Source of the DNA: Chloropicon primus
Taxonomy: Eukaryota
DNA length: 64,000 nucleotides
NCBI GenBank assembly: GCA_023205875.1
Contig: CP060773.1
Coordinates: 186,001 to 250,000, forward strand
Direction: 5' to 3'
The notes under the pieces were generated by a model, which ran no database searches, was not told the origin of the DNA, and was given only the letters and a program-made list of their open reading frames with translations. The translations under genes were made by a program, and so were the position numbers. This document shows positions 1 through 11,309 of the stretch, piece after piece. Each line of letters starts with the position of its first letter. The stretch's first letter is position 1.

Positions 1-211
1 GATGCGCCAGCCTCGTCGGAAGCTCCTCGTGCAGGAACTGGGCGCTCAGGAGCATCTGCCGGTTCACCGGGTTCTGCCCGAAGTCCATCATGTACTTCAA
101 ACTCACCCCCTTCTGCTTCTTCTTGCTCAGCTGCTTGATATCCTGCAACACGCTTTGTGGGATAACATCAGCAAGCCTCTTGACGGCTCCCCTCGCCGCT
201 GCTGCCGCCAT
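1..211 (-). CDS. PDK: Pyruvate dehydrogenase kinase, 5' part (runs off left edge)
   Basis: Manual translation from ATG 211: MAAAARGAVKRLADVIPQSVLQDIKQLSKKKQKGVSLKYMMDFGQNPVNRQMLLSAQFLHEELPTRLAH, matching the plant PDK N-terminus (GVSLxYMMxFG...SAQFLHxELPxR). Not in the ORF track. Confidence 0.9.
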   Translation of the reverse strand, partial: MAAAAARGAVKRLADVIPQSVLQDIKQLSKKKQKGVSLKYMMDFGQNPVNRQMLLSAQFLHEELPTRLAH

Positions 212-346
212 CACGACGGTCCTCGCCCTCTCCTCTGCCTCTCTCTCTCCGGAACACACAGAAACCTCCCTTCACCCAAACCTCTGACCTCCTCGCTTCT
301 ATCCTTCTCTGCCGTCCTTCCCTCTCTGTCTCTCGCCTCACGACGC

Positions 347-668
347 CAAACCAAGCTTGCGACCCACCAATCGAAAGAACGCGAGACAAAGCTTCGTCTA
401 GTACTCTCCTCTTCCCCTCTCGTTGCCGTTCCCGTCCTCACCGTCCTCGATAAGGTGGCTCAATAGGGTACTTCCTCCTTCACTTTCTGGAACAAAAGTC
501 GATGCCTCGACCAATCCGAGCACCAAATGGGTCAAGTGAGGGCTCGTTGGAAAGATCTCGAGAAGCTCTTTCGTCCAGTACCCTCCTCTTGTCCTTCAAT
601 CCTCGTCCACGCCCCCTGCGTCCTCCCTTGTCCGCCGCCTTTCGTGGAGGATGCACAGCGTGATCCAC
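347..668. repeat. Dispersed intergenic repeat family A, copy 1
   Basis: Closely similar direct copy at ~55785-56110 and a diverged inverted copy at ~4790-4990. Each lies upstream of a gene in the same relative orientation (PDK, ferredoxin, SBDS). Confidence 0.9.
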
Positions 669-719
669 AACGTGTTTTTGATTCTCTCGTGGCGCGCGAG
701 ACAAAAAGGAGGAAGATCC

Positions 720-1075
720 ACCGAGGAGGGGAAAGAACGAGATAGATGGCGAGAACGAGAGTGTGAGAGGGAAAGACGACAACGCATCGCGATAGAACAT
801 CTCTTTATCTTTCGAACGAGCCCTCACTCGACTCGTTTGACAACCGGAGTGGTCGCCAACTTTGGTCATCAAGGCATTGGGCAGAGCTTCAGGAGCAGGA
901 GTGGCGTGGCTTTGCGACGCAGTGGAGGGCGAGGGAGGTGGATCCGGAGGGCGAGGGCGTTACGGAGCGAAGCGTTGACTCGATATCTTTCGATTGGTGG
1001 GGCGCACGACCGGTTTCTCTCCCGGAACAAGGGTTTGCTTGAGTTGTGAAGGCACGAGAGAGGACACGGCAGAGG
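720..1075. repeat. Dispersed intergenic repeat family B, copy 1
   Basis: Near-identical direct copy at ~33808-34170 and inverted copy at ~29545-29831. Confidence 0.92.
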
Positions 1076-1199
1076 GATGACGCTCGAGGTTCCGGCCAAG
1101 GCGGAGGAAGGTAGGACGAGGGGAGGGAGTGGAGGAACAGATGCGGTGGTTTCGTTTCATCACGATCAGACGGGCTTATCTTGGCCACCTTGACTGAGG

Positions 1200-1943
1200 A
1201 TGAGGATGCTGTGGAGATGCAAACCACACATCCACGGCTTTCGTCCCGAGGACCAGGAGGAGAGTGCAGCAGGCAGACACACGTTTGGTCCGTCCTCGGG
1301 ACGGAAGCCGTGGCGTTGCCTTGCACGTCTGATCGTGATGAAACTGAACCTGCGAAGTGTCGTATTTGGTTCACCGTACGGTGCGGAGGGATCGCACACT
1401 CTCTGCTCAAACTGTTCAGAAGAAGACTGACGCGCGCGAGAACGCCGCCTTGGCTTCCTCGTTCCCTTTTGCTCTTTGCTCTTCGACCCGGAAGCCTTGC
1501 GGAGCAAGATGAAGGAAATCGCTCGACAGAACTGTGACGGCGTCATTCGGGACTTCGTGGAGTGCTCCAAGGAGACGGGCATCGCAGTGATGTGGAGCTG
1601 CCGAGAGCACCTCAAGCTCATGAACGCTTGTGTCAGCAAGTAGTAAGTCCCTTGGAAGAAAGCGGGAGGGGAAGGAAGGGAGGGCGCCGTCCCCTCGCTG
1701 CCTCTCGTTCGCACGTTGCTCGTTTTTGCCCGTCATTCGAGCACGGGAGAACTCGTGTGCGTTCTCGTACTGACAACACAATTCCTTTCGCTCCTCGCGC
1801 GTTCGCCACGCGGGTTACGCACGTGTCCTTCCTCGTGCGTTCGCAGCACCACCGACGAGGTGCTTGAAGGCATAAAGAAGCAGTGGATCGATGCCGGGAG
1901 ACCGTCACGCATCGACTGGAGGCCAAACGTGCCCAAAATCTAG
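1200..1943 (+). CDS. CMC1: CMC1-like twin-CX9C cytochrome c oxidase assembly protein (spliced; 5' exon uncertain)
   Basis: EALRSKMKEIARQNCDGVIRDFVECSKETGIAVMWSCREHLKLMNACVSK, then GTAAGT intron (~1643-1846), then TTDEVLEGIKKQW...PKI*. CX9C-CX9C spacing is present. Confidence 0.75.
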
Positions 1944-2640
1944 CACCCCTAACGACTCTGTAAAACATATCGACGACGTGATACAAATACGCCAAAACAA
2001 AAGCTCACAAGCGCACGACGACGTGTCAGGGCAGGGTCACAAGGGAGGATCGCGTCCTCCCACCCTCCCTCTCCTTCCCTCTCCCTCTCTCCCTCTCTCT
2101 CTCTCTCTCTGTGTGTGTGATTGTCTAATCAACTCCATCACCTCCATCACCTCCTCCTCCTCCTCCTCCTGCATCGATGGGACACCTCCAGGAGGTTCAG
2201 TCGACAAAGAGCAAGGAGGTTCAGTCGACATACTTGAACGCAAAACGATGGAGGAACGGCCGAAGCAATGATCCACCATCCCCTGACCCAATCCCCTTCA
2301 ACCTGTCCCCGCTTTTGTGGCGTCCTGTGTGCCATGGCCACCATGGACACAGTGAGGGGACATCCTTGGACTTGGTCTCCAACCTGTTGGAGCAGTTGAG
2401 GGGACTTGAAGGAAGAGAGTCGTATGTAGTCCCACAGGAGTAAAAGCAATGATGGTCCAGAACTTTGAGCATTCTGGTCGACCATCAAGGCAGCACCTTG
2501 CAGGAGTAGACCACCAAGCTTGGCACACACCACCACCACAAGCAACAAGCAGCAACTCAGCAGAGAGGGATAGAGTTAGAGTTATCCTAACTCCTCCGTT
2601 GGCTTGCAGTAGGAGGAAGGAAAGGCTTTGCTCTTCCAGG

Positions 2641-2678
<38 letters not shown>

Positions 2679-2728
2679 GCCTTGCATTGCCAAGTGGTGA
2701 GGCAAGAGGGAGACAGAGGGATTGAGAT

Positions 2729-3882
2729 ATGGACAACGAGGTTGCTGTGTCCCAGGGGGTTGGAGCTGGTGCTCCCTGTGTTGATGTGGAGGAGGATCGG
2801 TGCTGGATCTGTCATGAAGTTGGAGTGGAAGGCAGAGAGCTTCATGTCCACTGCAAGTGTCATTCGCTGAAGGCACACGACGATTGCATTGCCCACTGGC
2901 AGCTCCGTAACGCCGGAACGGATGCCGAAATGAAGTACGTTTGATCATCTTTGTCGATCCTCGTCCATCGATGTGTGCTGACTGATGGGACCTCTCTCTC
3001 TCTCTGTGCAGGTGCAGGCTGTGCTCAATGAAGCTGCCGGACTGGAAGGACACGGCTTACCTGAACGGGACGAGATCCCTTGCCAAGGTGGTGACTTTGG
3101 CCGTCCAAGGTACGCTAGCTAGGTCCAGTCCCCTTCCCTCATGCTCATCATCGTCATCGTCGTCGTTCTGACTGACCAACCGCTTGTGTGTGTGTGCAGT
3201 GAACGGGGTGACCAAGTACATGAAAGTGAAGCTTGGCGGAGAGGAGAAGGCCGAAGAGTTCAAGCAAAAGTTGATCAGAGCTTTTAACTTGCCTTGTACG
3301 ACTCACTTGGACATCGACTTCAGCGTCTCGAACCCTTTCACTGCCGAAGACGTCTTGAAACTCAATGGCATCGGCTCGTACTCAGCTGCTATCCACTGCG
3401 GTGCCCTGATTGACCGAGAGGAGGACGAGGACGAGAAGGACGAGGATCCAGGCCAAGGCAACAGTTCCAAAGGTAACTCCAGCCGAAGGACGAGAACGAG
3501 AACGAGTCCCCTCCCCCTCCAAGGGGAGGAGGAGGACAGCGATACTGAATACAGCAGCAACACCGATACGGACCTGAACACCGACTCTGAAGCCGAGAGC
3601 GAGGAACCCAACTTGAGGGTCTCTTGCATCGACCGGTACGAGAGGTTGAGGCAGAGGAGACGGGAGAGGATCTTGCGAGAGCAACAGGAGCTTCGACAGG
3701 ACTCTCGAATCACGCAAGAGATTTTGAGCGAAGCCGAGGACAGTGACAGCGAAGGTCAAGTCGACTTGGAGCACATTCCAACATCTTCCAGCCAAGCTTT
3801 TCTGTCCTGCATGAACCTCCTGTGCCCCAAGCTTCGAAGGAAGAGAAGGAGAGTCGTCGGCATCGCCCCGCTCACCATCTAA
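2729..3882 (+). CDS. RING-variant (RINGv/C4HC3) zinc-finger protein, spliced
   Basis: CWIC...HCKC...AHDDCIAHW, intron, CRLC; second intron ~3110-3199; acidic low-complexity C-terminus. Upstream exons are possible. Confidence 0.7.
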
Positions 3883-4028
3883 ACCAACAACCTCTTCCAC
3901 CGTCGTCGTCGTCGTCGTGTTTGTTCATAAAAAATATCCTAAAAGACTTCGAGTCATTAAGTCACACGCAGTTTGTTATGTATTGTTTGCTCCACTTGAA
4001 TCACGCACGACCCACCCAGTGGAGCAAG

Positions 4029-4389
4029 TTACTGCCTGGAAGCTTCTGCCTCCTTCACCCTCTTCTTATAGTCCTTGTACTGGCACAACTCATAGACGTG
4101 CCTCTCGTGCTCGCACCTTCACCAACGAGAAGAATGGACAGAAAGCAAGGGAGAGAAAGAGTCAGTGACACGAGCGTTACCACCTCCGGGCGTTACGATC
4201 GCCAAACCTCCTGCACTTCACAAGAAGAAGAAGAAAGAAGAAGAAAGAAGAGACTTACTTCCATGGCAAGTAGTGCTCCTTCTTCCTGCATTCATTCAAT
4301 GGAATCAGCAAGTGAGCGCAAGTGTCTCGCCAAACTTGAGGAACCTGCGCGTCATCACATGCCTCCTTCGTCGTAGCGAAGCCAGACAT
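4029..4389 (-). CDS. NDUFB7: NADH dehydrogenase 1 beta subcomplex subunit 7 (B18)
   Basis: Exon 1 MSGFATTKEACDDAQVPQVWRDTCAHLLIPLNECRKKEHYLPWK, intron 4117-4258 (GTAAGT..AG), exon 2 CEHERHVYELCQYKDYKKRVKEAEASRQ*. Confidence 0.92.
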
Positions 4390-4496
4390 CCCGCAAAACT
4401 TCTTTCTTTTTCTTCCGCTCCTCGTTTGCTCTTTCCATTGCCAAGGATTGAGAAACATGAAAACCAATCGATTCAGTTGAGAAGAACTTCGTCACA

Positions 4497-4790
4497 AGAG
4501 CGCCATCTTCTTCGTGCGACCACTCATTGGAAAGCTCGCGAGATGCTCTTTCCATCAATTCCTCCCTCGTCCTCTCCCTCTCTTGTTGCCGTCCTCGTTG
4601 TCGCGCTGAAGTTCACTCACTCACCTCGGTGCTCCTCCACCCGTCGCCTCGTGGAAAAGAAAGTGAGACCCCATCGGGCGGCGAGGAACACCGAGGTGAG
4701 TTCAGGGAGCCAGGGGACGACGAGGACGGGGGCCAGAGCGGACGAGGGAGGTATTGATGGAAAGAGCGTCTCGCGAGCTTTCCAATGATC
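4497..4790. repeat. Repeat family C (MITE-like, long imperfect terminal inverted repeats), copy 1
   Basis: CATTGGAAAGCTCGCGAGATGCTCTTTCCATCAATTCCTCCCTCGTCC at the left is inverted at ~4740-4787. Further copies at ~25892-26210 (inverted) and ~52455-52775. Confidence 0.88.
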
Positions 4791-5243
4791 CCTCGCTCGA
4801 CTCGTTTGGTGCTCGGATGGGTCGAGGGATTGACTGGGAGGACTGGATGTGAAGCAGAAACCACCCGAATGCCTAGTCTTATTGAGGACGGTGAAGAAAG
4901 TGACGGCCATGAGAGGGGAAGACGATCGCACGGAACGAAGAGTTGTCTCGCGATGTTCCGATTGGTGGGGCGCAAGCTTGGTTTGGCGTCTTGAGTCGAG
5001 AGGCAGAGAGGGAAAAGGAAGCGAGAAGCTACAGAACTTTTAGGCAGAGGCATTGGGCGTTCACTATAGTGGGTGGACTTGACGTCTGTGTACCTCAAAA
5101 GCTGACCATCTTTTGGTTCCATTAGGATTCACTGGTGTGCGGAGTGACGGAGGCGGTGGTATGACCGAGGACCGTCGGCGTTGAAGGTTGCCACCGGAGG
5201 GAGAAGGAGCGTCGAAAGGGGGGGGTTTCTTTGACGGAGGAGC

Positions 5244-6434
5244 ATGAGTCGAGCTGTGAAGCAGCCCGTGGGGCAGAAGCGGCTGACAAACATCGCCATC
5301 GTAAGGTACAAGACGCACGGGATACGTTTCGAGATCGCTTGCTACAAGAACAAAGTGTTTGACTGGAGGAGCGGCAGCGAGCAGGACCTTGATGAAGTGC
5401 TCCAGACGGACCAGGTGTTCTCCAACGTGTCCAAGGGAATCATGGCAAAGGAGAAGGACCTGAAGAAGGCTTTTGGCAAAAAGAAATCCATGGAAGAGGT
5501 CTGCAAGGAGATCCTGGCCAAGGGGGAGCTCCAGGTGAGCGACAGGGAGAGAGCCCTCCAGTTGGACTCGAGGCTTCGAGATGTGGCCAGCATCATCGTC
5601 GAGAAGTGTGTGGACAGCATCACGAAGAAGCCATTCCCTCACGCTCTCGTCGAGAGGGCGTTGAAGGATCCAAAAATCAGATTCATACCGGATAACCGAA
5701 AGTCCGCGAAGCAGCAGATGCTTGAGATCGTGCCCAAGCTGCAGGAACACAAAGTGCTCAACATCGAAAGAGCGCGGATGAGAGTCCAGCTGACGGTCCA
5801 CAGCAAGGGCATGAAGCAAAAGGTCTTGGAGCAGCTTCAGGCGAAGCCTCTCGCGGACACGTGCCAAGTGGAAAGGGAGAAGGAGGAGGAGGGGGAGGAG
5901 GAGGGAGCAGGAGCATCGAGCTCCGACGACGGGGGTCTGTACACGTACTGCTGCGTGCTGAAGATCGAGCCGGGGTCCTTCAGAGCCATCGATTCGATCG
6001 TGAGGGGGAATACGGCCAAGGAAAACATGGGAAGGCTCGAGGTTCTTGATTTAGCCGTGCACAACGACTCTTCTGCTGCGAATGGAAATGGCAGGGAAGC
6101 TGGTGGTAGTGCTGGTGCCCCGGGAGGCACCACCAGCAGCCCCGCCTCGTTGAAGTCCTTAGGGAAAGGAATCCAATCGATGGGGCTGACCGGGGACCAA
6201 ACAATTGCAGTGGCCTCGGCCGCTACTGCCGTGGTCGGTCGGTTCAAGTGCAATACCTGCCAAGTGGGTTTCGACGACTCCAAGCAGCACCGGGAGCACT
6301 TCAAATCGGATTGGCACAGGATCAACCTGAAAAGAAAGTCCCAAAAGCTGCCCATCTTGTCTCAGGAAGAGTGCGAGGCGATCGCGCTGATGGAGTCATC
6401 CGCGGCGTCAGACCTGGACGATTTTGCGTTCTAA
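5244..6434 (+). CDS. SBDS: Ribosome maturation factor SBDS with C-terminal C2H2 zinc finger
   Basis: QPVGQKRLTNIAIVRYK..RFEIACYKNKV..DLDEVLQ..VFSNVSKG; C-terminal CNTC..HFKSDWHRINLKRK as in plant SBDS. Confidence 0.96.
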   Translation: MSRAVKQPVGQKRLTNIAIVRYKTHGIRFEIACYKNKVFDWRSGSEQDLDEVLQTDQVFSNVSKGIMAKEKDLKKAFGKKKSMEEVCKEILAKGELQVSDRERALQLDSRLRDVASIIVEKCVDSITKKPFPHALVERALKDPKIRFIPDNRKSAKQQMLEIVPKLQEHKVLNIERARMRVQLTVHSKGMKQKVLEQLQAKPLADTCQVEREKEEEGEEEGAGASSSDDGGLYTYCCVLKIEPGSFRAIDSIVRGNTAKENMGRLEVLDLAVHNDSSAANGNGREAGGSAGAPGGTTSSPASLKSLGKGIQSMGLTGDQTIAVASAATAVVGRFKCNTCQVGFDDSKQHREHFKSDWHRINLKRKSQKLPILSQEECEAIALMESSAASDLDDFAF

Positions 6435-6489
6435 AGGCTTGTTTCACACTAAAAACTTCATTCATTTAAACGATACTACTGCTCCATCC

Positions 6490-9400
6490 TCACTCCCTTG
6501 CACCAGCAGCACTGAGCTCAAAAGACTCCTCCGTGGCAGCAGCATTTTCGAAAACGAGCTTTGCGTCGGCAAAGGTGTTGCCATCGATGGCCTCCTCATC
6601 CAAGCTTCTGCTCTCGAGCTTGATGCTGATGTCGCTTCCCTCCTCGAAGGACCCCTTGAGCAGGAGCTTTGCCAGTGGGTTCTCGATCTCCTGCCTCATC
6701 ACCCTCTTCACGGGCCTCGCTCCAAAGACTGGATCGTAGCCCTTGCGCGCGAGATACTCCAGGGCCTCGGGGCTCAAGCTGATGCTGATCTTCCTGTCCT
6801 TCAGCCTGTCCTTCAGCCTCTCCAACTGAAGCAGAACGATGTTCTCAATCTGCTTTTCTGTGAGTGGCTCGAACACGATGAAATCGTCCACCCTGTTGAT
6901 GAACTCCGGCCTGAACTGCTGGTGGACGGATTGCATCATCTTCTCCTTCCTCTTTTCCCTTCTCTCTTGGCCGAGGCTGTCCATGTTCCCGTGCTCCTCA
7001 AAGTCCTCCAAGATGTGAGAGGAGCCCACGTTGGAAGTCATGATGATCACGCAGTTCTTGAAGTCGACGAGCCTGCCCTGCGAGTCTGTGATCCTCCCGT
7101 CGTCCAACACCTGGAGCAAGATGTTGAAGACCTCGCCGTGGGCTTTTTCCATCTCGTCGAAGAGGACGACGGAGTACGGCCGCCTCCGGATGGCCTCCGT
7201 GAGCTGCCCCCCCTCCTCGTGCCCAACGTAGCCAGGCGGGGCACCGATGAGTCTGCTCACCGTGTGCTTCTCCATGTACTCGCTCATGTCAATCCTGACC
7301 AGGGCGTCCTCGCTCTCGAACATCAAGCCAGCGAGGGCCTTGGCAAGCTCCGTTTTGCCCACGCCGGTGGGTCCCATGAAGAAGAAGGAAGCCGTGGGTC
7401 GCCTTGGGTCCGCGAGCCCCGCCCTGGACCTCTGAATGGCGTCCGCCACGGCCGTCACGGCCTCATCTTGGCCGATGACCCGCTCGTGGAGCTGATCCCC
7501 CAGAGTCAAGAGCTTCTCCCTCTCACTCTGCTGGAGCTTGTTGACGGGAATCCCGGTCCACTTGGAGATGACGTTGCAGATGTCGGCCGCATTCACCTCC
7601 TCCCGAAGCAAGTTGTGGCTCGACCCGGTGTCGTCCATGGCGCGCGCCTCGGCTTCGTCAAGGTCCTTCTGCAGGTTGAGCAGAGTGCCGTACTTGAGTT
7701 CCGCGGCCTTGTTCAGGTCGTAGTCCCTCTCCGCCTGGGTAATCTCGATCTGCACACGATCGATCTCCTCCTTCAGGCTCTGAACCTCCTCGATCAGCCC
7801 CTTCTCCTCCATCCACTGGGACTCGAGTTCAGACTCCTTGGTCTTGAGCCTCCGCAGGTCGTTCTCGATGGCGTCGAGCCGGTTGTTGGCCCGGCCGTTC
7901 TTCTTGGAGCCCCCTTGCCCCGAGTTCTCCCTCTCGAGGGACAGCCGCTCCATCTCGAGCTGCATGACTTTCCTCGTGATCCTATCCAGGGCTTGGGGCT
8001 TGGAGGTGATCTCCATCTTCAGCCCGGCGGCCGCCTCGTCCATCAGGTCGATAGCCTTGTCCGGCAGAAACCTGTCCGAGATGTACCGGTCGGACATCAC
8101 CGCGGCCTCCACCAGGGCCCCGTCCGAGATCCTCACCCCGTGGTGGAGCTCGTACCTCTCCCGGAGGCCCCTGAGGATGCTGATGGTGTCCTCCACGGTG
8201 GGGGCGTCCACGTAGACCTGCTGGAACCTCCTTTCCAGGGCGGCGTCCTTCTCGATGTACTTCCTGTACTCGTTCAGCGTCGTGGCGCCGATGCACCTCA
8301 GCTCCCCCCTCGCCAGCTGCGGCTTGAGGAGGTTCCCGGCGTCCATCGCCCCCTCCGAGGCCCCCGCCCCGACCAGCGTGTGCATCTCGTCGATGAAAAG
8401 GACCACCTTCCCGTCCGAGGCCTTGACCTCGTCGATGACCCCTTTGAGCCTGTCCTCGAACTCCCCCCTGAACTTGGCGCCGGCCAGCAGGCTTCCCATG
8501 TCCAGGGCGAAGATCTGCCTGTCCTGCAGGGACGCGGGGACGTCCCCCGCGACAACCCTCTGCGCCAGGGCCTCGATCACCGCGGTCTTCCCCACGCCCG
8601 GCTCCCCGATCAGGACCGGGTTGTTCTTGCTCCTCCGGGACAGGATGTGGACGCACCTCCTGATCTCCTCGTCCCTGCCGATGACCGGGTCGAGCTTCCC
8701 CTCCCTCGCCTCGTGGGTCAGGTCCCTCCCGTACTTGAGCAGAGACTCGTACGTGTCCTCCGCCTGCCTGGACTCCACCTTCTTGTGCGCCGGCCCCCTC
8801 ACGTTCCTCACGTGCTCCATCATCTTCTCCTTGCTGCTGCAGTCCTGCACCCCGCAGTTCCTCAGCCCCTGGTACCCGAACCTCTTCGTGTCCCTCGCCA
8901 GCGCAAGCACCAGGTGCTCCACCGACACGTACGAATCATCCATGTCCAACCGTATCTGTTCCGCCACCGCCATGCACCTCTCCAAGTTCTTCCCAAGCAC
9001 CTGACCCAACGAGGACTCGTCTTGGGTCTCCACCTTGGGCTGAGACATCAGAAACCTCTCCAAGTTCCCCTCCAGGGTCTCCACTTGGCCACCGCACTCC
9101 CTCACCACCCGCCGAGCGAGGCCCTTCCTGTCCTCAAGCAGTGCTTTCATCAAGTGCTCCGTCTCCACCACTTGGTGCTTGTACTCCTTGGCCACCTCTG
9201 GAGCACCCACCACCGCATCCCATGCCTTCTCCGTGAAGTTCTTCTGCTGGATCCTCCGCTTCGAAGAGGATGACGAAGAGGATGACCAAGACGATCCGTC
9301 GTCATCATTCGCACGCATCACCACAGTACGCCTCCTCCTCGACAAAACAGGACAAGACAACGTAGAGGAAGAATCACAAAACCTTCCTCGAGATACATAA

Positions 9401-9627
9401 GACCTCTTCACCGAAATCGGTGAAGAAATACGGACGTCATCCCGACCATGGACCTGGATCCCAGCACGTGCCCAACACGTTCTCATGCTTCTCGTGACCC
9501 CGTGGCGTGACGTTTTCGAAGAATTGCGTACCCATGGGTGCGTTACGCGACCATTGAAAGGCGTTACGATCGAACGGGCACGCATCCTGGACCCCGGATC
9601 CGTCATGCTCGTCGTCGTCGTCGTCAT
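6490..9627 (-). CDS. clpB: ClpB/HSP100 chaperone with organellar transit peptide
   Basis: Two AAA+ modules (GEPGVGKT, GPTGVGKT), RIDMSEY, GAPPGYVG, coiled-coil middle domain, S/R-rich N-terminal extension. First ATG at 9627; the ORF-track start at 9756 is not ATG. Confidence 0.96.
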   Translation of the reverse strand: MTTTTTSMTDPGSRMRARSIVTPFNGRVTHPWVRNSSKTSRHGVTRSMRTCWARAGIQVHGRDDVRISSPISVKRSYVSRGRFCDSSSTLSCPVLSRRRRTVVMRANDDDGSSWSSSSSSSSKRRIQQKNFTEKAWDAVVGAPEVAKEYKHQVVETEHLMKALLEDRKGLARRVVRECGGQVETLEGNLERFLMSQPKVETQDESSLGQVLGKNLERCMAVAEQIRLDMDDSYVSVEHLVLALARDTKRFGYQGLRNCGVQDCSSKEKMMEHVRNVRGPAHKKVESRQAEDTYESLLKYGRDLTHEAREGKLDPVIGRDEEIRRCVHILSRRSKNNPVLIGEPGVGKTAVIEALAQRVVAGDVPASLQDRQIFALDMGSLLAGAKFRGEFEDRLKGVIDEVKASDGKVVLFIDEMHTLVGAGASEGAMDAGNLLKPQLARGELRCIGATTLNEYRKYIEKDAALERRFQQVYVDAPTVEDTISILRGLRERYELHHGVRISDGALVEAAVMSDRYISDRFLPDKAIDLMDEAAAGLKMEITSKPQALDRITRKVMQLEMERLSLERENSGQGGSKKNGRANNRLDAIENDLRRLKTKESELESQWMEEKGLIEEVQSLKEEIDRVQIEITQAERDYDLNKAAELKYGTLLNLQKDLDEAEARAMDDTGSSHNLLREEVNAADICNVISKWTGIPVNKLQQSEREKLLTLGDQLHERVIGQDEAVTAVADAIQRSRAGLADPRRPTASFFFMGPTGVGKTELAKALAGLMFESEDALVRIDMSEYMEKHTVSRLIGAPPGYVGHEEGGQLTEAIRRRPYSVVLFDEMEKAHGEVFNILLQVLDDGRITDSQGRLVDFKNCVIIMTSNVGSSHILEDFEEHGNMDSLGQERREKRKEKMMQSVHQQFRPEFINRVDDFIVFEPLTEKQIENIVLLQLERLKDRLKDRKISISLSPEALEYLARKGYDPVFGARPVKRVMRQEIENPLAKLLLKGSFEEGSDISIKLESRSLDEEAIDGNTFADAKLVFENAAATEESFELSAAGARE

Positions 9628-9715
9628 GCTCGTCGTCGTCGTCGACCTTCTCTCTCTCTCTCTCTCTCGCTCTCTCGCCTCGTCTCGTCGCCTCGTGGAG
9701 ATTCGAACCCGGAAC

Positions 9716-9752
9716 TGGAACCTCCTCGAAAATTCTAGCGCTTTCTTGAACG
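9716..9752. promoter_or_regulatory. Heat-shock element (nGAAn/nTTCn array) upstream of clpB
   Basis: GGAACCTCCTCGAAAATTCTAGCGCTTTCTTGAAC about 100 bp upstream of the clpB ATG. Confidence 0.55.
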
Positions 9753-10478
9753 TCACCCACAGTAACGTAATACGTCTTTTTTGTTTTGTGTTCGTTTCAC
9801 GTCGTTACATTTGTACGTCTCCACACGCGTGACCCGGTCTCCGTCCCGAGGGATGAGTTGTGTCTCTCTCGACCCATCAATGTGGGATTTTCTACTTCGG
9901 AGCGTTTTTTTTTCATTTCCATTTTGCAGTTTATCAATAACTCTCTCACTGCATATTGTAACCACTCCTTCACCCAACAACATCACCCCTTTTTCGACGG
10001 AATTAAGAACGTATTGCACACCTTATTCTCTCTTTCTGGTGTGGTTTAAGTAACGACACTCTTTCGAATGTTTTCCCTTTCTTCGTTCTAGGACGTTATT
10101 GACCTGATTTACGAGATCTGGAAAGGATTTTATTTTTGTGGAGGAGAGAGCCCAAGAAGATTAATGCCCGAGCACGAGGAGGCGGAGGCGGAGAGCAGCG
10201 GAGGAGGAAGGCATTGACGAGGCCATTGACCGCGAGAGAGGGAAGAGAGGGAACACCCCCACTGGTTCCCTTAGGTCATCACGGAACACTCTCACCCTCC
10301 ACAAACAACAACCGCCTTCCTCCAGTGACGCCAACACGAAGAGAAGAGCTTCAGGAAAGGAAACCAAAAGTTGTCTTCTTTCCATTCATCTCTCTCTTCC
10401 ATTCATTGGATTGGAATTGGTTTGGCCTTCTCTTGAGCAACGCACGTGTTTTCATTCGTAACGCCTGAACGTTACGTG

Positions 10479-11309
10479 ATGAGCGCGCCTGTGGCGACGA
10501 GCGGTGGTGGGGTTGGGATGCCGGCGAGGCAGGAGGAAGTTTTGGCGACGGTTGCCTCGAGGGTGTGGACCACGATACGGGAAGAGGTGCAGAGGGATTA
10601 TCAGTCGGAACCACTTTTGTCTGGGTTCATGTTCTCGACGATCCTCGCTCATGACACCATGGAGGAATCCCTTGCGTTTATCTTGGCCAAGAAGCTGGAG
10701 AATGCGGTGCTCCCTGCGCCCAAGCTCTCGCAACTTTTCCAGGAAGTCTTGAGACTGGAGGAGGTGAGAAAGGATTACCTCGCGGACCTGATGGCGACGT
10801 ACGAGAGGGATCCCGCATGCAGGAGGTACAGCTCTTGCTTCTTGTACTACAAGGGGTTCCACGCGATCCAGACGCATAGGGTGGCGCACGCGCTGTACAA
10901 CCAGGGGAGGACTTCCCTGGCACTCTTCCTGCAGTCGAGGTCCTCGGAGGCGTTTCACGTGGACATCCACCCCGGGGCTCGGATAGGAAGGGGGATGATG
11001 CTCGATCACGCGACCGGGGTGGTCATGGGAGAGACTGCGGTTGTCGGGGACAACTGCTCGATGCTTCACTCGGTGACCCTCGGAGGGAGCGGGAAGGTCA
11101 CAGGCGACCGGCACCCGAAGATCGGGAAGGGGGTCTTCATCGGGGCGGGGGCAGTCATCCTGGGCAATGTCAAGGTTGGGGACGACAGCAAGATCGGGTC
11201 GTGTGCCGTGGTCACCAAGGAGGTGCCGGCCAAGCACGTGGCCGTGGGCATGCCGGCAAAGATGTTTCCGCTCAGGAGGCTGGAGAAGAGGATCAAGAGC
11301 AAGCTGTGA
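10479..11309 (+). CDS. SAT: Serine O-acetyltransferase
   Basis: ERDPAC..YKGFHAIQTHRVAH..VDIHPGARIG..LDHATGVVMGETAVVG..VTLGGSGK..DRHPKIG hexapeptide repeats. Confidence 0.96.
   Translation: MSAPVATSGGGVGMPARQEEVLATVASRVWTTIREEVQRDYQSEPLLSGFMFSTILAHDTMEESLAFILAKKLENAVLPAPKLSQLFQEVLRLEEVRKDYLADLMATYERDPACRRYSSCFLYYKGFHAIQTHRVAHALYNQGRTSLALFLQSRSSEAFHVDIHPGARIGRGMMLDHATGVVMGETAVVGDNCSMLHSVTLGGSGKVTGDRHPKIGKGVFIGAGAVILGNVKVGDDSKIGSCAVVTKEVPAKHVAVGMPAKMFPLRRLEKRIKSKL

Noticed and set aside
480..1099. Short ORFs recurring at several loci (MMTKVGDH..., MESSRDAL...)
   Set aside because: Translations of non-coding dispersed repeats; frames are not preserved between copies.
2080..2680. (CT)n, (CA)n, (GA)n and trinucleotide microsatellites here and throughout
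   Set aside because: Ubiquitous background in UTRs and introns of this genome; no specific structure.
6240..6434. SBDS zinc-finger fusion as a novelty
   Set aside because: Known architecture in plants and several protists.
6424..9273. 949-aa plus-strand ORF antisense to clpB
   Set aside because: Shadow ORF caused by GC-rich codon usage on the opposite strand; no motifs. The same applies to most long overlapping ORFs in the track.
9697..9712. GGTTCGAATC tRNA B-box-like sequence on the minus strand
   Set aside because: The T-stem does not pair and no cloverleaf or A box is evident.
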